Below are positions 17,831 through 27,212 of a stretch of 39,778 nucleotides of DNA, piece by piece. Source of the DNA: Verrucomicrobiales bacterium (GTDB lineage Bacteria > Verrucomicrobiota > Verrucomicrobiia > Verrucomicrobiales > SLCJ01); assembly GCA_046075565.1 (NCBI GenBank), contig JBJTQJ010000003.1:1-39778 (forward strand), given 5' to 3'. The position numbers and the translations under genes were made by a program. The stretch's first letter is position 1. Each line of letters starts with the position of its first letter. Below the pieces are notes generated by a model that saw only the letters and a program-made list of their open reading frames with translations, did not search any database and was not told where the DNA came from.

Positions 17831-19597
17831 TCAACCCCCGGTGCCTCCTTCGACTTTCTTCCCTTCTTCTGGCTTCTTTTCCGGCTCTTTCATTTCCAGA
17901 ATACGGGTATAGAATCGTTTCTCAGACTGCATCACGCTCTGCCACGGAAAGCCGCGCACTTCCTCGCTTTCTGCCGATAGAACGCCGGCTTTCACACGGG
18001 CGCACAGGATGGCGGCACGATAGCCCGGCGGCAGGGCCACGAGGGGAACGGTGATGCGCGCGGCGACACGTCCCGCCTCCTCGAAATCGTTTCGGAACAA
18101 ATGGATGGTTGTCAAAACGGCTTGGACAACCGGCATGTCCGGGAAGGCTTTGGCGAGAGGCCCGATGGCGTTGGACAATAGGGTGGGGTCTCCGGTTCCG
18201 CTAATGCAGGCGAGATAGGCATAAGTGACAAGCAGCGTCGGATTGCCGGGTTCGAATAACAAATAGATCGAACAGATCTGCAGCATGGCTTTTTCGCGGT
18301 CTTCCTCGTAAAAGTGCTCCATGAGCGCCTGCAAATTCTCGAAGAGCGGCAGTCTCCCCCGGACCCTGAGGATGGCCTGATACATCGCTTCATGCGATTG
18401 GGCTTCCATTCCCGCGCCGCGCAGAATCTCCGCCATCTTGAGCCACGCTGCCGCCTCTTGGTGCGGGCTCGCTTCGATGGTTGCTTCACGCCAGGCGGCG
18501 TCGCTGGCCGCGGGATCGCCGGCTTTCGCATACGCAATGGCACTCCAAGCGAGACGGGTGGTTTTCTCAAACGATTCCGGGGCCGCCTTCAGGTATTCCT
18601 TGGCTTTTTCCCAATCCTTCTCCTGGATGGCGGATTCAATCAGCGTCTCCGTCAACTCGGGAACCTTCGGGAGCTCTGTGGGAGGGAATTCCGCCATGAG
18701 CCGGGACCGCATGCCAGCAGCACGCAAGAAAGCGCCGACTTCCAATGGCACGGTGGGTCGCCAGTCGGCGATGGCTTTCTCGGCAATTGCCTCTTTCGGG
18801 GCATCGGTCTCGGCCATTGCCAAGCGCGCCAGCATGAGCGCCTCGCGCGATACCGAGGCATCGAGTTTGCCTGCCGAAGCCTTCAGCAGTCCGGGTTTGA
18901 GGCGATCCACCGGTATCAACTCCAGCAAATCGAGCGCGGAGGCCTTGTCATCGGCCGGCCATTTCTTCTCCAAGAGATTGTGGGCATCGACCGAGGCGTA
19001 TTCGTTCCCGGTGCCGATGAAAATCCGGATCATCCTCCGTTCGGCTTGCCAGTCGGTTCCCGCATTCGGCATAGCCTGGATGATACCCGCCGCTTCTTTC
19101 CAGCGCCTGCTTTCGATCAATCGGTCGGCGAAGGCGAACGCGAAGTCCGCACTACTCCGGTCCTCCTCCCGCAGGAAGACCCATGCTTGACCGGCCAATC
19201 CGAGTGGAGCTTCGCTGACCACCAGTTGGAAACCGCGCAAGCGGTCTTCCCGTGTCCCCTTAGGATGGCTCATGAGGGCTCTTGCGATCTCCACGCGAAA
19301 AGGATCCTGCAGCGCAGTCATCGATTGTTCGAGCACCCTCAAGGCTTCCAATGCCCTTGGATCGCCGGCCCGCAGAAGCGTCTGCGAGAGCTCCTTCGCT
19401 TTCTCCATCCTGCCCTCATGCACGGCCTGTTCCGCTTCGGCCAAATGACGCCCATACCACCAATACCGCGCCTGGCGGTAGATGGGTTTCGCGACGAACA
19501 AACCGCCGATGGCCAGCAGCAGAAGGGCGGCGACCAAGCGGACGAATGGATGCAGATCCAGCCATCGCCCCCGCCATTTTGAATACCACTCAATCAT
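17831..19597 (-). CDS. Membrane-anchored TPR-like helical repeat protein next to exosortase
   Basis: N-terminal TM, Ala/Leu/Glu-rich helical repeats; lies directly downstream of the exosortase gene. Confidence 0.8.
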   Translation of the reverse strand: MIEWYSKWRGRWLDLHPFVRLVAALLLLAIGGLFVAKPIYRQARYWWYGRHLAEAEQAVHEGRMEKAKELSQTLLRAGDPRALEALRVLEQSMTALQDPFRVEIARALMSHPKGTREDRLRGFQLVVSEAPLGLAGQAWVFLREEDRSSADFAFAFADRLIESRRWKEAAGIIQAMPNAGTDWQAERRMIRIFIGTGNEYASVDAHNLLEKKWPADDKASALDLLELIPVDRLKPGLLKASAGKLDASVSREALMLARLAMAETDAPKEAIAEKAIADWRPTVPLEVGAFLRAAGMRSRLMAEFPPTELPKVPELTETLIESAIQEKDWEKAKEYLKAAPESFEKTTRLAWSAIAYAKAGDPAASDAAWREATIEASPHQEAAAWLKMAEILRGAGMEAQSHEAMYQAILRVRGRLPLFENLQALMEHFYEEDREKAMLQICSIYLLFEPGNPTLLVTYAYLACISGTGDPTLLSNAIGPLAKAFPDMPVVQAVLTTIHLFRNDFEEAGRVAARITVPLVALPPGYRAAILCARVKAGVLSAESEEVRGFPWQSVMQSEKRFYTRILEMKEPEKKPEEGKKVEGGTGG

Positions 19598-19623
19598 AGC
19601 TTATACGAAAACAAGAATTTCCC

Positions 19624-20490
19624 TCATTGCACGATCCTTCTCGCCACCCGGCGACGGGAGGAAGCATCGAGCCGGCCGGAGAACCAGTAAAAGAAGACAG
19701 CGCTGCCGAGGAAAGCCAGCAACCCGACTAAATCATGCGCTGATTCGGCGGCGGCTTCTCCCCGGATGAATCGAATCTGGGCCAACGCGCAGGCGCGAGC
19801 CAGATTCACGGCAAATGCGGCGACCAGACCCCAGAGCAGCAGCTTCAGAGTATTGGTGAGGTTCAGTCGCTGCAACTCGGCGAAGAACCAGGTGGCCATG
19901 AGGAAACTCTGGAAGGAGCGAACACCGCTGCAGCCATCGGTCACTTCCACAACCATGTCATTTAAGGTCATACGTTCTCCCACCACTTCCACCGGTTGCC
20001 CGACCAATCGGAACAACTCGGCTGCCGCGCTCACCACTTGATCGGTCAATCCATGGACGAGGCGGCTTTCCACCGCGCTGGGCCATGGGATCGTCGAGAG
20101 CATCAGGAGGGTGATCTTCCAGAAAGTTGTGGAGGAATTCCACCCGCGCACCCGCGCGAAAATCCAATGGCCCATCAACGCGGCGGTCAAACCGAGCAGC
20201 CCGACCGGCAATCGCCAGTTTGGATCGACATGGCTCACCACACGGAGGACGAGGAGCCACGGCAGGAGCAGGAAAAACCCGGGCAGCCATGACCGCTCGG
20301 CCACCCCTAGGGGAGCAGGAACCCCGTTCCACCGGCGGACCAACAACCAGAGCGCGGCCGGTGGCACGAACCAACCGTAGTCGTAGTATTCGCCGTTCCT
20401 CCACGAGTAGGCCGCCCCGAGCATGGCCGGCAGCCAGAACGCCATCCAACCCGCAAGAGGCAACATCGTCTTCCACTTGGGGTCGTTCAT
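19624..20490 (-). CDS. Exosortase/archaeosortase family protein
   Basis: YYDYGWFVPP, catalytic EVTDGCSGVRS, N..R (VNLAR) and HDLVG; multi-TM; likely start MNDPKW at 20490. Confidence 0.93.
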   Translation of the reverse strand: MNDPKWKTMLPLAGWMAFWLPAMLGAAYSWRNGEYYDYGWFVPPAALWLLVRRWNGVPAPLGVAERSWLPGFFLLLPWLLVLRVVSHVDPNWRLPVGLLGLTAALMGHWIFARVRGWNSSTTFWKITLLMLSTIPWPSAVESRLVHGLTDQVVSAAAELFRLVGQPVEVVGERMTLNDMVVEVTDGCSGVRSFQSFLMATWFFAELQRLNLTNTLKLLLWGLVAAFAVNLARACALAQIRFIRGEAAAESAHDLVGLLAFLGSAVFFYWFSGRLDASSRRRVARRIVQ

Positions 20491-20653
20491 GGACTCATCT
20501 GGTGGATTTAGCTTCACGATGTCACGGTTTGCCGGCAGCTTGCGGGGCCGCGCTTCAAACACGTCGATTGTGGCAAAGAGTTTTGCCCCACCTGACACCC
20601 ATATCAAACAGCCCCGGCCATAAACTCCTTCCCGTTCCCCCAAATCGTAGCAC

Positions 20654-20682
20654 TTGACTTGGTCACATGACTGGTCTATTAT
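20654..20682 (+). promoter_or_regulatory. TA promoter with overlapping palindromic operator
   Basis: TTGACT-N17-TATTAT-N5-ATG; TGACTTGGTCA palindrome (20655-20665) and related TGACTGGTC overlap the promoter. Confidence 0.75.
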
Positions 20683-20687
20683 CGGTC

Positions 20688-20918
20688 ATGAAGGTGGCAA
20701 TTTCAGAATTCAAAGCGAAGTGTATCCAGTTGATCAAGTCCGCTGCTGAATCGGAGCAGGAATTGCTTATCACACTCCGCGGCAAGCCCTTGGCCAAAGT
20801 GATTGGGATCCCGGCGGTGCGGCGGCGCGTGCTTGGCGGACAACGCGAGGCCTTGGCGGGCGCGATTCCAGACGCCACGCTGATAGCATCCGATTTTGAA
20901 AACGATTGGGAGTCATGA
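20688..20918 (+). CDS. Phd/YefM family antitoxin
   Basis: MKVAISEFKAKC..LITLRGKPLAKV; ATGA overlap with the toxin. Confidence 0.92.
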   Translation: MKVAISEFKAKCIQLIKSAAESEQELLITLRGKPLAKVIGIPAVRRRVLGGQREALAGAIPDATLIASDFENDWES

Positions 20919-21316
20919 ATCTGCTCCTCGATACACATGTTCTGGTCTGGGCAGAGTCGCAGGACGACCGCCTCGGTTTCATCACCCGTTCCCTGCTTTT
21001 GGATCCGGCCAACACCTTGCTCGTTTCGCCCGTCTCCACTCTGGAACTAGCACGACTCATTTCGCTTTCGCGCCTCGTGTTCCGCAAACCCTTGGAGGAT
21101 TGGCTCGCGACCGCCAGAACGAATTTGGACTTCCAGGATGCCCTGCTCAGCCACTCGGCCGCCATCGACAGCTACCAGCTTCCTCCGAACTTTCACAGGG
21201 ATCCAGCCGATCGCATGCTGGTGGCCACCGCCAGGGAATTGGACTGCACGTTCGTCACTGCGGATGACCTGATTCTTACTTACCCACACGTGCGAACTTT
21301 CGACGCCCGGACGTAG
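20915..21316 (+). CDS. vapC: VapC (PIN domain) toxin
   Basis: LLLDTHVLVW, VSPVSTLE, HRDPADRMLVATA and VTAD motifs. Confidence 0.94.
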   Translation: MNLLLDTHVLVWAESQDDRLGFITRSLLLDPANTLLVSPVSTLELARLISLSRLVFRKPLEDWLATARTNLDFQDALLSHSAAIDSYQLPPNFHRDPADRMLVATARELDCTFVTADDLILTYPHVRTFDART

Positions 21317-21447
21317 CGGGCTATCCGAGGCCTTTTCTTCGTTAGGTGGTTCAGCCGCGGCCCATGGCCTGGCCGATCCGGGGCTTGGTGTTCTCGGGAG
21401 TCGATCCTCCCGGCGACTGGAATGCCCAAATCGCGGCGTGGCCGAGC

Positions 21448-21552
21448 CCGACCTCCGACCTCAGGTTTTCAGTCTTCTGGCCTCTGGTCTCAACTCTCAA
21501 GTCTTGTGTCTTCTTGCCCCGACAGGGTCGGGGGTGTCCTTGAGCGAAGCGA
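21448..21552. repeat. Degenerate heptamer array plus CCCCGAC-N3-GTCGGGG hairpin and GAGCGAAGCGA motif
   Basis: cctccga cctcagg ttttcag tcttctg gcctctg gtctcaa ctctcaa gtcttgt gtcttct, then ccccgacagggtcgggg at 21517-21533. Confidence 0.75.
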
Positions 21553-21567
21553 TCTTGTATCTCCCCC

Positions 21568-23457
21568 CTACTCCTTCAGCGAAACCTTCCACCAATGAAT
21601 CTTCAGCTTGTGTTCGCGGGCCAAGGCTTCCAACTCCTCCACCATCTCGGTCTGTGGATCATTGATGGCCACCACCACTCCCTTGATCTTGCCTTCCTCG
21701 GCCAACTCACGCAACACGCTAATCCCGCCGAGGACCAAGAATGAGCGCAGCAGCCTCCCGTGGAATGCCTGGTTTTTATCGATGAAACCGAGGATCCTCA
21801 TTCCCCGGTAGGCGTCGCGCGAACTGGCCTTCAGATGTTCGAGAAACAGGGTCCCGAGGTCTCCCGCGCCCACAACGACCATCGGTTCTTGTTCGACCGT
21901 ATTCTCGCTATCATTGGAACTCCTTCCACCGACACGGTGCACGAGGGCGATTTCCCGCACCGTGTCGAGTGTCAATCGCGGCAGACAGACCAGCGCGCAG
22001 CTTCCCAGACAGGCGATCATGGTAGCCCGGAGCACGCTCCATTCGATGGATGCCTTGCCCAGGCTCACGATGCAGAAAGTCACCGCTCCGGCGAGCATGA
22101 GCCAGAACGTGATGGAAAGGAAATCGCGCACGGTGGCCCGCACCCAGAGCCTTTTGTGGACCTTCGCTCCGAACAATCCAAGCATCCCGCTGACCACGAA
22201 TACATCAAGGAAATACATCACGCTCTGTGCATCCCATCCATCTTCACGGACGAAAACATTCGTTTCAACCACGAGGGCCCCGAATCCCGCCGCCAAAAGC
22301 ACCAGCAAATCATATGCGACCAAGATGACCGCGAGCCTACGCTGTGCGTTCGGCATCTTGATGGCGAGATGCAGAACTTCTCCCGTGTGCTCCAGTTCCA
22401 CCCTCGCGAAATGCCTCATGATGGCCAGCCCGAGAATCAAGGCCCCCACCAGAGAAAATCGGAGCATTTGGTCACCGAACAAGAGCGGCAGGAGGCAAAG
22501 GGCGGCGACCAGAGCGGCTAGAATTTGCAGCGTGACCGCGACTTTTTTTTGCGACCCATGTTCATCGAGCATGCGGTGGTGCAAATGTTCGCGGTCCGCA
22601 TCGAAGAGCCCTCTCTTCGTGTCGTCCCCCCTCAGTGCACCGACCCGCTTTTTCATCCATCGCCTCCAGAGGGCCAACAGCACATCCATCATGGGCACGC
22701 CGGCGATGGCGATTGGAAGCAGCACCACACCCAGCACTGTCTTTCTCCCCAATCCTCCCGTGGCCGCCGTGGCGAGGAAAAATCCGAGCAGCATGGAGCC
22801 GGCATCACCGAGGAAAATCCTCGCCGGATTCATATTGAACCAAAGAAACCCGACCAGACACATCGCCATGATAGCCAGTAGAATGGCCGTATCGTAACGT
22901 CCGTTAATGACAGCGAGTGCCGCCAGGGCCGAGCAGGCGACGGTCGCCAAGCCACCGCATAAACCGTCCAACCCGTCGATGAGATTGAATGCGTTGATCA
23001 ATACCACCGACCAGATGACAAACACCAGCAAATCCCAAAGCAACGACCAATGGTCTGGAAACAATCCAACCCGCACCGGGTTGAGCGCGAACATCGCCAC
23101 CGGCGCCAGAACATGGGCGCCCAGTTTGACCAGTGGGCGCAATCCGATCCGGTCATCCACCAACCCGGTGGCCACCAATACCGCTGAGCCGGCCGCAAAA
23201 GCGCCGAACCCCCGCCAAGTGAGCTGCCCGTCCGGCAAACCGCCTCCTGTCGCGAGCAAGGCCACGGAAACGGTGACCATAAAGGCCACCCAAATCGCCA
23301 AACCTCCGGCGCGGGGAATGACCGTCTTATGGATCCGCCGCTCCCCCGGGGTATCCACCAGTCCCAACTTCGGGGCCAGCGAGATCATGACCCGGTTCAA
23401 AAACAGGGATAATCCCAGCGCGAGCACGCAGAAGAGGATGGTTTCAGTCCAGATCAT
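21568..23457 (-). CDS. WecA/TagO-like (MraY family) undecaprenyl-phosphate GlcNAc-1-P transferase with extra C-terminal TM and CoA-binding-like domain
   Basis: RIHK..PRAGG, GLVDD, NAFNLIDGLDGL, IFLGDAGS, DREHLHHR; C-terminal VVVGAGDLG..ILGFID. Confidence 0.92.
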   Translation of the reverse strand: MIWTETILFCVLALGLSLFLNRVMISLAPKLGLVDTPGERRIHKTVIPRAGGLAIWVAFMVTVSVALLATGGGLPDGQLTWRGFGAFAAGSAVLVATGLVDDRIGLRPLVKLGAHVLAPVAMFALNPVRVGLFPDHWSLLWDLLVFVIWSVVLINAFNLIDGLDGLCGGLATVACSALAALAVINGRYDTAILLAIMAMCLVGFLWFNMNPARIFLGDAGSMLLGFFLATAATGGLGRKTVLGVVLLPIAIAGVPMMDVLLALWRRWMKKRVGALRGDDTKRGLFDADREHLHHRMLDEHGSQKKVAVTLQILAALVAALCLLPLLFGDQMLRFSLVGALILGLAIMRHFARVELEHTGEVLHLAIKMPNAQRRLAVILVAYDLLVLLAAGFGALVVETNVFVREDGWDAQSVMYFLDVFVVSGMLGLFGAKVHKRLWVRATVRDFLSITFWLMLAGAVTFCIVSLGKASIEWSVLRATMIACLGSCALVCLPRLTLDTVREIALVHRVGGRSSNDSENTVEQEPMVVVGAGDLGTLFLEHLKASSRDAYRGMRILGFIDKNQAFHGRLLRSFLVLGGISVLRELAEEGKIKGVVVAINDPQTEMVEELEALAREHKLKIHWWKVSLKE

Positions 23458-24788
23458 GCTTTTTTACCGGAATGCAGGCGTGTCAAAGCAGCAGCTGCGG
23501 CGGATACGTTACTCTCTTTTTGAAAATGTCTCTTGCCAAATTCGGCGGCTCTCTGTCCCATCCTGCGAAGCAAGTCCCCATCCAAAGCCGCGAGCAGTGC
23601 TGCCATCAAAGCCTGGTCGTTTCCCGGAGCCACCACCCATCCGGCCCCGCTCTCCCGCACCCAGGCCGCCATACTCGAATCCTCCCCCCCGATGAAAACC
23701 ACCGGTCGCCCCGCCGCGAAGATTCCCTGCAACTTGCTCGGCAACATCGTGCCCGTCCACGCGGGATCCAGCGAGGCCACATGGAGATCGGCGCTCCGCA
23801 AATGGGCCGCCAAATCTTCCTCCGCCACATAATCATGCAGTTCGATCGGCAGATCCGGGTGGTCCTTTAAAAATGCCTCTACCTCCGCGCGCCGGCGGCC
23901 CTTGCCAAAAAACACAAACCGGAATTTGCCCGGGGAGGAAGCAGAAAGCTCGACGATGGCTGCGAACAACTCTCCGAAGCGATGGCCGAGGCCCATGTTT
24001 CCGGAATACATGACCACCACTTCCCCCTCTCGCCAGCCCCGGGCCGCACGCAAGTCCTTTAGCTCCGCTTCCGCCACCTCTCGCTCCGCCCCACTCCAGA
24101 GAGGAACATGCTGGAGGTTGCCGGCGTTCAGCGAAGCCCCTGATCCGAGCACCCGACGCAGTCGATCCGCCATACAAGGCCCGAGCGTGAGGATCATCCC
24201 GCAACGCTTCCCGCCCCAACCCCACCGCGCCAGCCAGGCCAGCATCCGCTGAAGAAGCCCTCCCTCCTGTAACATCCCATGGGATACCATCACATCCGGA
24301 TAAATATCCATCACCCAATGGGCATGGGTCCCTCCACGCAACCTCGACATCATCCTCGCCAGCACCGACAAATACGGCGGCGTCGTCAATGCCACCATCC
24401 GCTCCGGAGCCGGGCGCATGGTGCCAAGCTTCCAGGCAACACCGAGATAGTAAGACAAATAGTCCAGTAGCTTCCCCACGAAACTCACCCGTCCAAACCT
24501 CGTCGCCCCGATGCGGAGGAGCCTTGCATGCCCCGACAAAGTCGGGGGTCCGTGGCCCAGCGCCTGCGGCGCGTCCTTGGTCCGTAGTCCTTGGTCCGTG
24601 GTCATTGAACCCCGTCTTCTGTCTTCTGTCTCGCGGTCTTCTGTCTTCGATCCAGCATACCCTCCCTCGGCACAAATCACCGTCACCTCATGCCCTTGGG
24701 CAACCAACTCCCGGGCCACCGCCTCGAGCATCACGCCCGTCGGCGCCGCGTCCGGCGGATAATACTGATTGAGAAAAACGATACGCAT
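23454..24788 (-). CDS. GT4 glycosyltransferase (WcaI-like) with an in-frame repeat-derived insertion
   Basis: MRIVFLNQYYPPDAAPTG, TTPP, WVMDIYPD, MYSGNMGLGH and PSKLQG motifs; insertion at about 24531-24650. Confidence 0.92.
   Translation of the reverse strand: MRIVFLNQYYPPDAAPTGVMLEAVARELVAQGHEVTVICAEGGYAGSKTEDRETEDRRRGSMTTDQGLRTKDAPQALGHGPPTLSGHARLLRIGATRFGRVSFVGKLLDYLSYYLGVAWKLGTMRPAPERMVALTTPPYLSVLARMMSRLRGGTHAHWVMDIYPDVMVSHGMLQEGGLLQRMLAWLARWGWGGKRCGMILTLGPCMADRLRRVLGSGASLNAGNLQHVPLWSGAEREVAEAELKDLRAARGWREGEVVVMYSGNMGLGHRFGELFAAIVELSASSPGKFRFVFFGKGRRRAEVEAFLKDHPDLPIELHDYVAEEDLAAHLRSADLHVASLDPAWTGTMLPSKLQGIFAAGRPVVFIGGEDSSMAAWVRESGAGWVVAPGNDQALMAALLAALDGDLLRRMGQRAAEFGKRHFQKESNVSAAAAALTRLHSGKKA
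24531..24650. repeat. Intragenic heptamer arrays and CCCCGACAAAGTCGGGG hairpin
   Basis: tccttgg tccgtag tccttgg tccgtgg (24574-24601); gtcttct-type units (24614-24649); hairpin at 24531-24547. Confidence 0.88.
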
Positions 24789-24892
24789 GGCGCTATCAAT
24801 CATGAAACAAATGCCCGGAAGCTTAACCCGCATTGTGCGCGGAAATGACCACCGAAATCATAGCGGTCTTGCTCCAGAGGCGCGGTAGGGCT

Positions 24893-25291
24893 TCAGAGGC
24901 CGAGAGCGCCCAGATAGGTTTCGAAGTCGCTGAGGTGCCCCGAGAGGATGGCCTGGAGGATTTCCAATTGGATCCGCTGGTAGTCGTGAACCGCGATGTT
25001 TCGGAAACCAACCATGTGTTTCATGGCCTCCGCGCACTCTTGAGAAATGAGTTTGACAGAAGCAAGGATATCGAAGCCGTCGCGGCTGTTTTGGGGAATA
25101 CCGAGACGTCCGGCCGCGATCCGGTGCATCGCAAGATCGATGGACGCCTCGCAAGCCCGCAGTAGGTTGAGAATTACGGAGTCCTGCGTGGTGAAGTTCT
25201 CCAAACGGGCAGGGTCGCCGCGGTATTCTTCGTCGATCCGGGCAAGGCAACGGCGAATGATGGCCGCTTTGTTGATGGCGATGTCGTCCAT
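24893..25291 (-). CDS. hepT: HepT-like (DUF86/HEPN) RNase toxin
   Basis: MDDIAINK.., ACEASIDLA, and the HEPN R-x4-H motif GFRNIAVHDY. Confidence 0.92.
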   Translation of the reverse strand: MDDIAINKAAIIRRCLARIDEEYRGDPARLENFTTQDSVILNLLRACEASIDLAMHRIAAGRLGIPQNSRDGFDILASVKLISQECAEAMKHMVGFRNIAVHDYQRIQLEILQAILSGHLSDFETYLGALGL

Positions 25292-25301
25292 GACGGTGGC
25301 T

Positions 25302-25682
25302 TTAACCGGCTGCAAGAGTCTCGCGCCGCTCCTCATTCAGGCGGGCATAGTCGGAAAGGGCGAGCATTTCAAATTGGCGCATGGCAGGTTCGTCGTACAC
25401 GCGCACGGGTTCACCGGTGCGAATCACTTCCTTGCGAAACACCGTCGAGGCCCGGGATAAATCAATCAGATCCACCTCGGTTCCGAATTCGCCCGAAAGC
25501 CTGTTCGCGATCCTGAAAAGTTGGTGGGAATCGACCCGATTCATCGGAAGGAATGCGATGTCGATGTCGCTTCCCGGGTGCCACGCAGGCGTGCCATACG
25601 ACCCAAAAACATAAATCACCGCCGGCGCGAACGGAGCAAGCGCGTGGTCAAGGCTGGAAGATTGGGATGGTTTCAGGCGCAC
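25302..25682 (-). CDS. mntA: MntA-like minimal nucleotidyltransferase antitoxin
   Basis: YVFGSY..SDIDIA, EVDLIDL and YARLNEER; start uncertain. Confidence 0.9.
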   Translation of the reverse strand: MRLKPSQSSSLDHALAPFAPAVIYVFGSYGTPAWHPGSDIDIAFLPMNRVDSHQLFRIANRLSGEFGTEVDLIDLSRASTVFRKEVIRTGEPVRVYDEPAMRQFEMLALSDYARLNEERRETLAAG

Positions 25683-25896
25683 TTGCGTCGTTGTGAGCTT
25701 CGGGTGGCTCGCTGGTTGTCGGCTTTGCCAGATTTTTTATACTCCGGATTTTGCTGTCGCGCAATTGCAGTTTCGCCGCGTCGAGAACATACTCCCCGAC
25801 GAGCGAGCAAGCGCAACACCGCCACGACGGTAAAGAACAAGCCGCAGTAGAACGGGTCTGAGATATCCGGGCTAGGAAGGGCAGGGCCTTATCATC

Positions 25897-25927
25897 ACAC
25901 GATGCCCGCAGGGCAGGGCCTCATCAT
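25897..25927 (+). repeat. 31-bp perfect direct repeat copy 1 (partial third copy at 25878-25896)
   Basis: acacgatgcccgcagggcagggcctcatcat, identical at 27119-27149. Confidence 0.93.
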
Positions 25928-25948
25928 CAGCGCGAATAGCTTGAGGAA

Positions 25949-26347
25949 TTACAACGGATGGAACCGGGCGATTTTCAGACCATGGCTGGCGAAAGGTTTG
26001 AAATCCTCGACATTCTGGGTGAGCAGAGTGGCGTCTTCGGCCATACAAGATGCCGCGATCAGGCAATCCGCCGTACTGGCCCGCCGTCGGCCGGTCGCAT
26101 TGAACAAGATTGCTGCCGTTTCCGCAGTCCGGCGTGTCAGTTCGACAACCCTGTTTTCCAGAATCAACAGTGCCCGTGCCGCCTCGGCGGGTTGCACGGG
26201 GCCACGGATGTATTCATGCCAAGCCACGGCGTCGGTGCAAACCGACCCGCCTTCCTCAAGGCATTTTTCGACCGCGCGAAAGAATGCATGTGAAGGGTCG
26301 CCCAATGCGATGATGGCGTTGGTGTCGAGGTGAAGCCGCTGGCTCAT
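25949..26347 (-). CDS. vapC: VapC (PIN domain) toxin
   Basis: LHLDTNAII, AWHEYIRG, ADCLIAA and LLTQNVEDF motifs; ATGA overlap with the antitoxin. Confidence 0.92.
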   Translation of the reverse strand: MSQRLHLDTNAIIALGDPSHAFFRAVEKCLEEGGSVCTDAVAWHEYIRGPVQPAEAARALLILENRVVELTRRTAETAAILFNATGRRRASTADCLIAASCMAEDATLLTQNVEDFKPFASHGLKIARFHPL

Positions 26348-26613
26348 CCGGCATCCTCCCGATTCCAGCCTTCGGCCCTGGACCGTCTGCTGGCGTCCAT
26401 CATCCGTTGGATCTCTTCCGGACTGCGTTGCGGTTGCTGCCGCGTTTCCCGAAGCCACTCCAGCGGGGTCCGGGTTTGGGAATTTTTCGCCCGCTGGGAC
26501 AAGGCCAATTGAAGGCCCTCGGCAACCAGATCCTTCAGGCGCACGTTTTCTGTCGCCGCCACAATCCGGGCCTGCCGATACAATTCCGATGGGATTTCCA
26601 AGGTTGTTTTCAC
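26344..26613 (-). CDS. Ribbon-helix-helix antitoxin (VapB-like)
   Basis: (M)KTTLEIPSELYRQARIVAA..LKDLVAEGL; GTG start preceded by TTGCCA-N17-GAAATT-N7. Confidence 0.85.
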   Translation of the reverse strand: MKTTLEIPSELYRQARIVAATENVRLKDLVAEGLQLALSQRAKNSQTRTPLEWLRETRQQPQRSPEEIQRMMDASRRSRAEGWNREDAG

Positions 26614-26774
26614 GTTCGTAAATTTCCCATAGTTCTGGTTATCTGGCAAGCCAGATTTATTTAGGGAGCGAATCTGCGTTCAAAACTCAGGGTTCACGGC
26701 TGGTTTCCCCGGCCCGCCCCCCGCCTTGCAACGGCCCAATCGATTGGACGTAATGCAGCGTGCGCATGAGGATC

Positions 26775-27124
26775 AGAAGATTTGCACCATGAAGAGGTGA
26801 AGATAATGAAGGCCGGGAACCATGAATTCAACCACAGATTGCACGGAGAGCACGGATAGACAGGGAAGAACCGTGTCCTTTCCAAAACTATTCATTATTC
26901 CGTGGTTCTGGCTCCCACGCCTCCCTTCACGCTCTTCATGCCCTTCATGGTGAACCCTCATGGTTCAGAAACGAGAAGATTTTCACCATGAAGTAGTGAA
27001 GGAAATGAAGAAAGTGAACCCTGAATTCAACCACAGATAACTCGGATGGGCACCCTACGTCGCCCTTCGGGCTGTGAAGGGCAGGCGGATAAGAGAAGAA
27101 CTGAAAAACCACGAATGGACACGA
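26775..27124. repeat. Compound array of short-period repeats: 65-bp direct repeat (26775-26839, 26974-27038) with nested inverted arms
   Basis: CACCATGAAG..GTGAAG..ATGAAG (26785) pairs with CTTCAC..CTTCATG..CTTCATGGTG (to 26952); inner AACCACAGAT..CACGGA arms pair with TCCGTGGTT; AACCACGAATGGACAC at 27107. Confidence 0.88.
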
Positions 27125-27149
27125 TGCCCGCAGGGCAGGGCCTCATCAT
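27119..27149 (+). repeat. 31-bp perfect direct repeat copy 2
   Basis: Identical to 25897-25927. Confidence 0.93.
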
Positions 27150-27212
27150 GCCTTGAAAAAGACGACATGATGGGTGTTTGATTTGCAGGATTGGCCGAAG
27201 GCCAACTTAGAT

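Noticed and set aside
13450-19582. Long antisense ORFs (13450-14754, 14969-16135, 18314-19582 and similar)
   Set aside because: Shadow frames of well-supported genes in GC-rich DNA, with no recognisable motifs.
25690-25866. Possible membrane-protein C-terminal remnant on the minus strand (PFYCGLFFTVVAVLRLLA)
   Set aside because: Only one hydrophobic stretch and no family motif; too weak to call.
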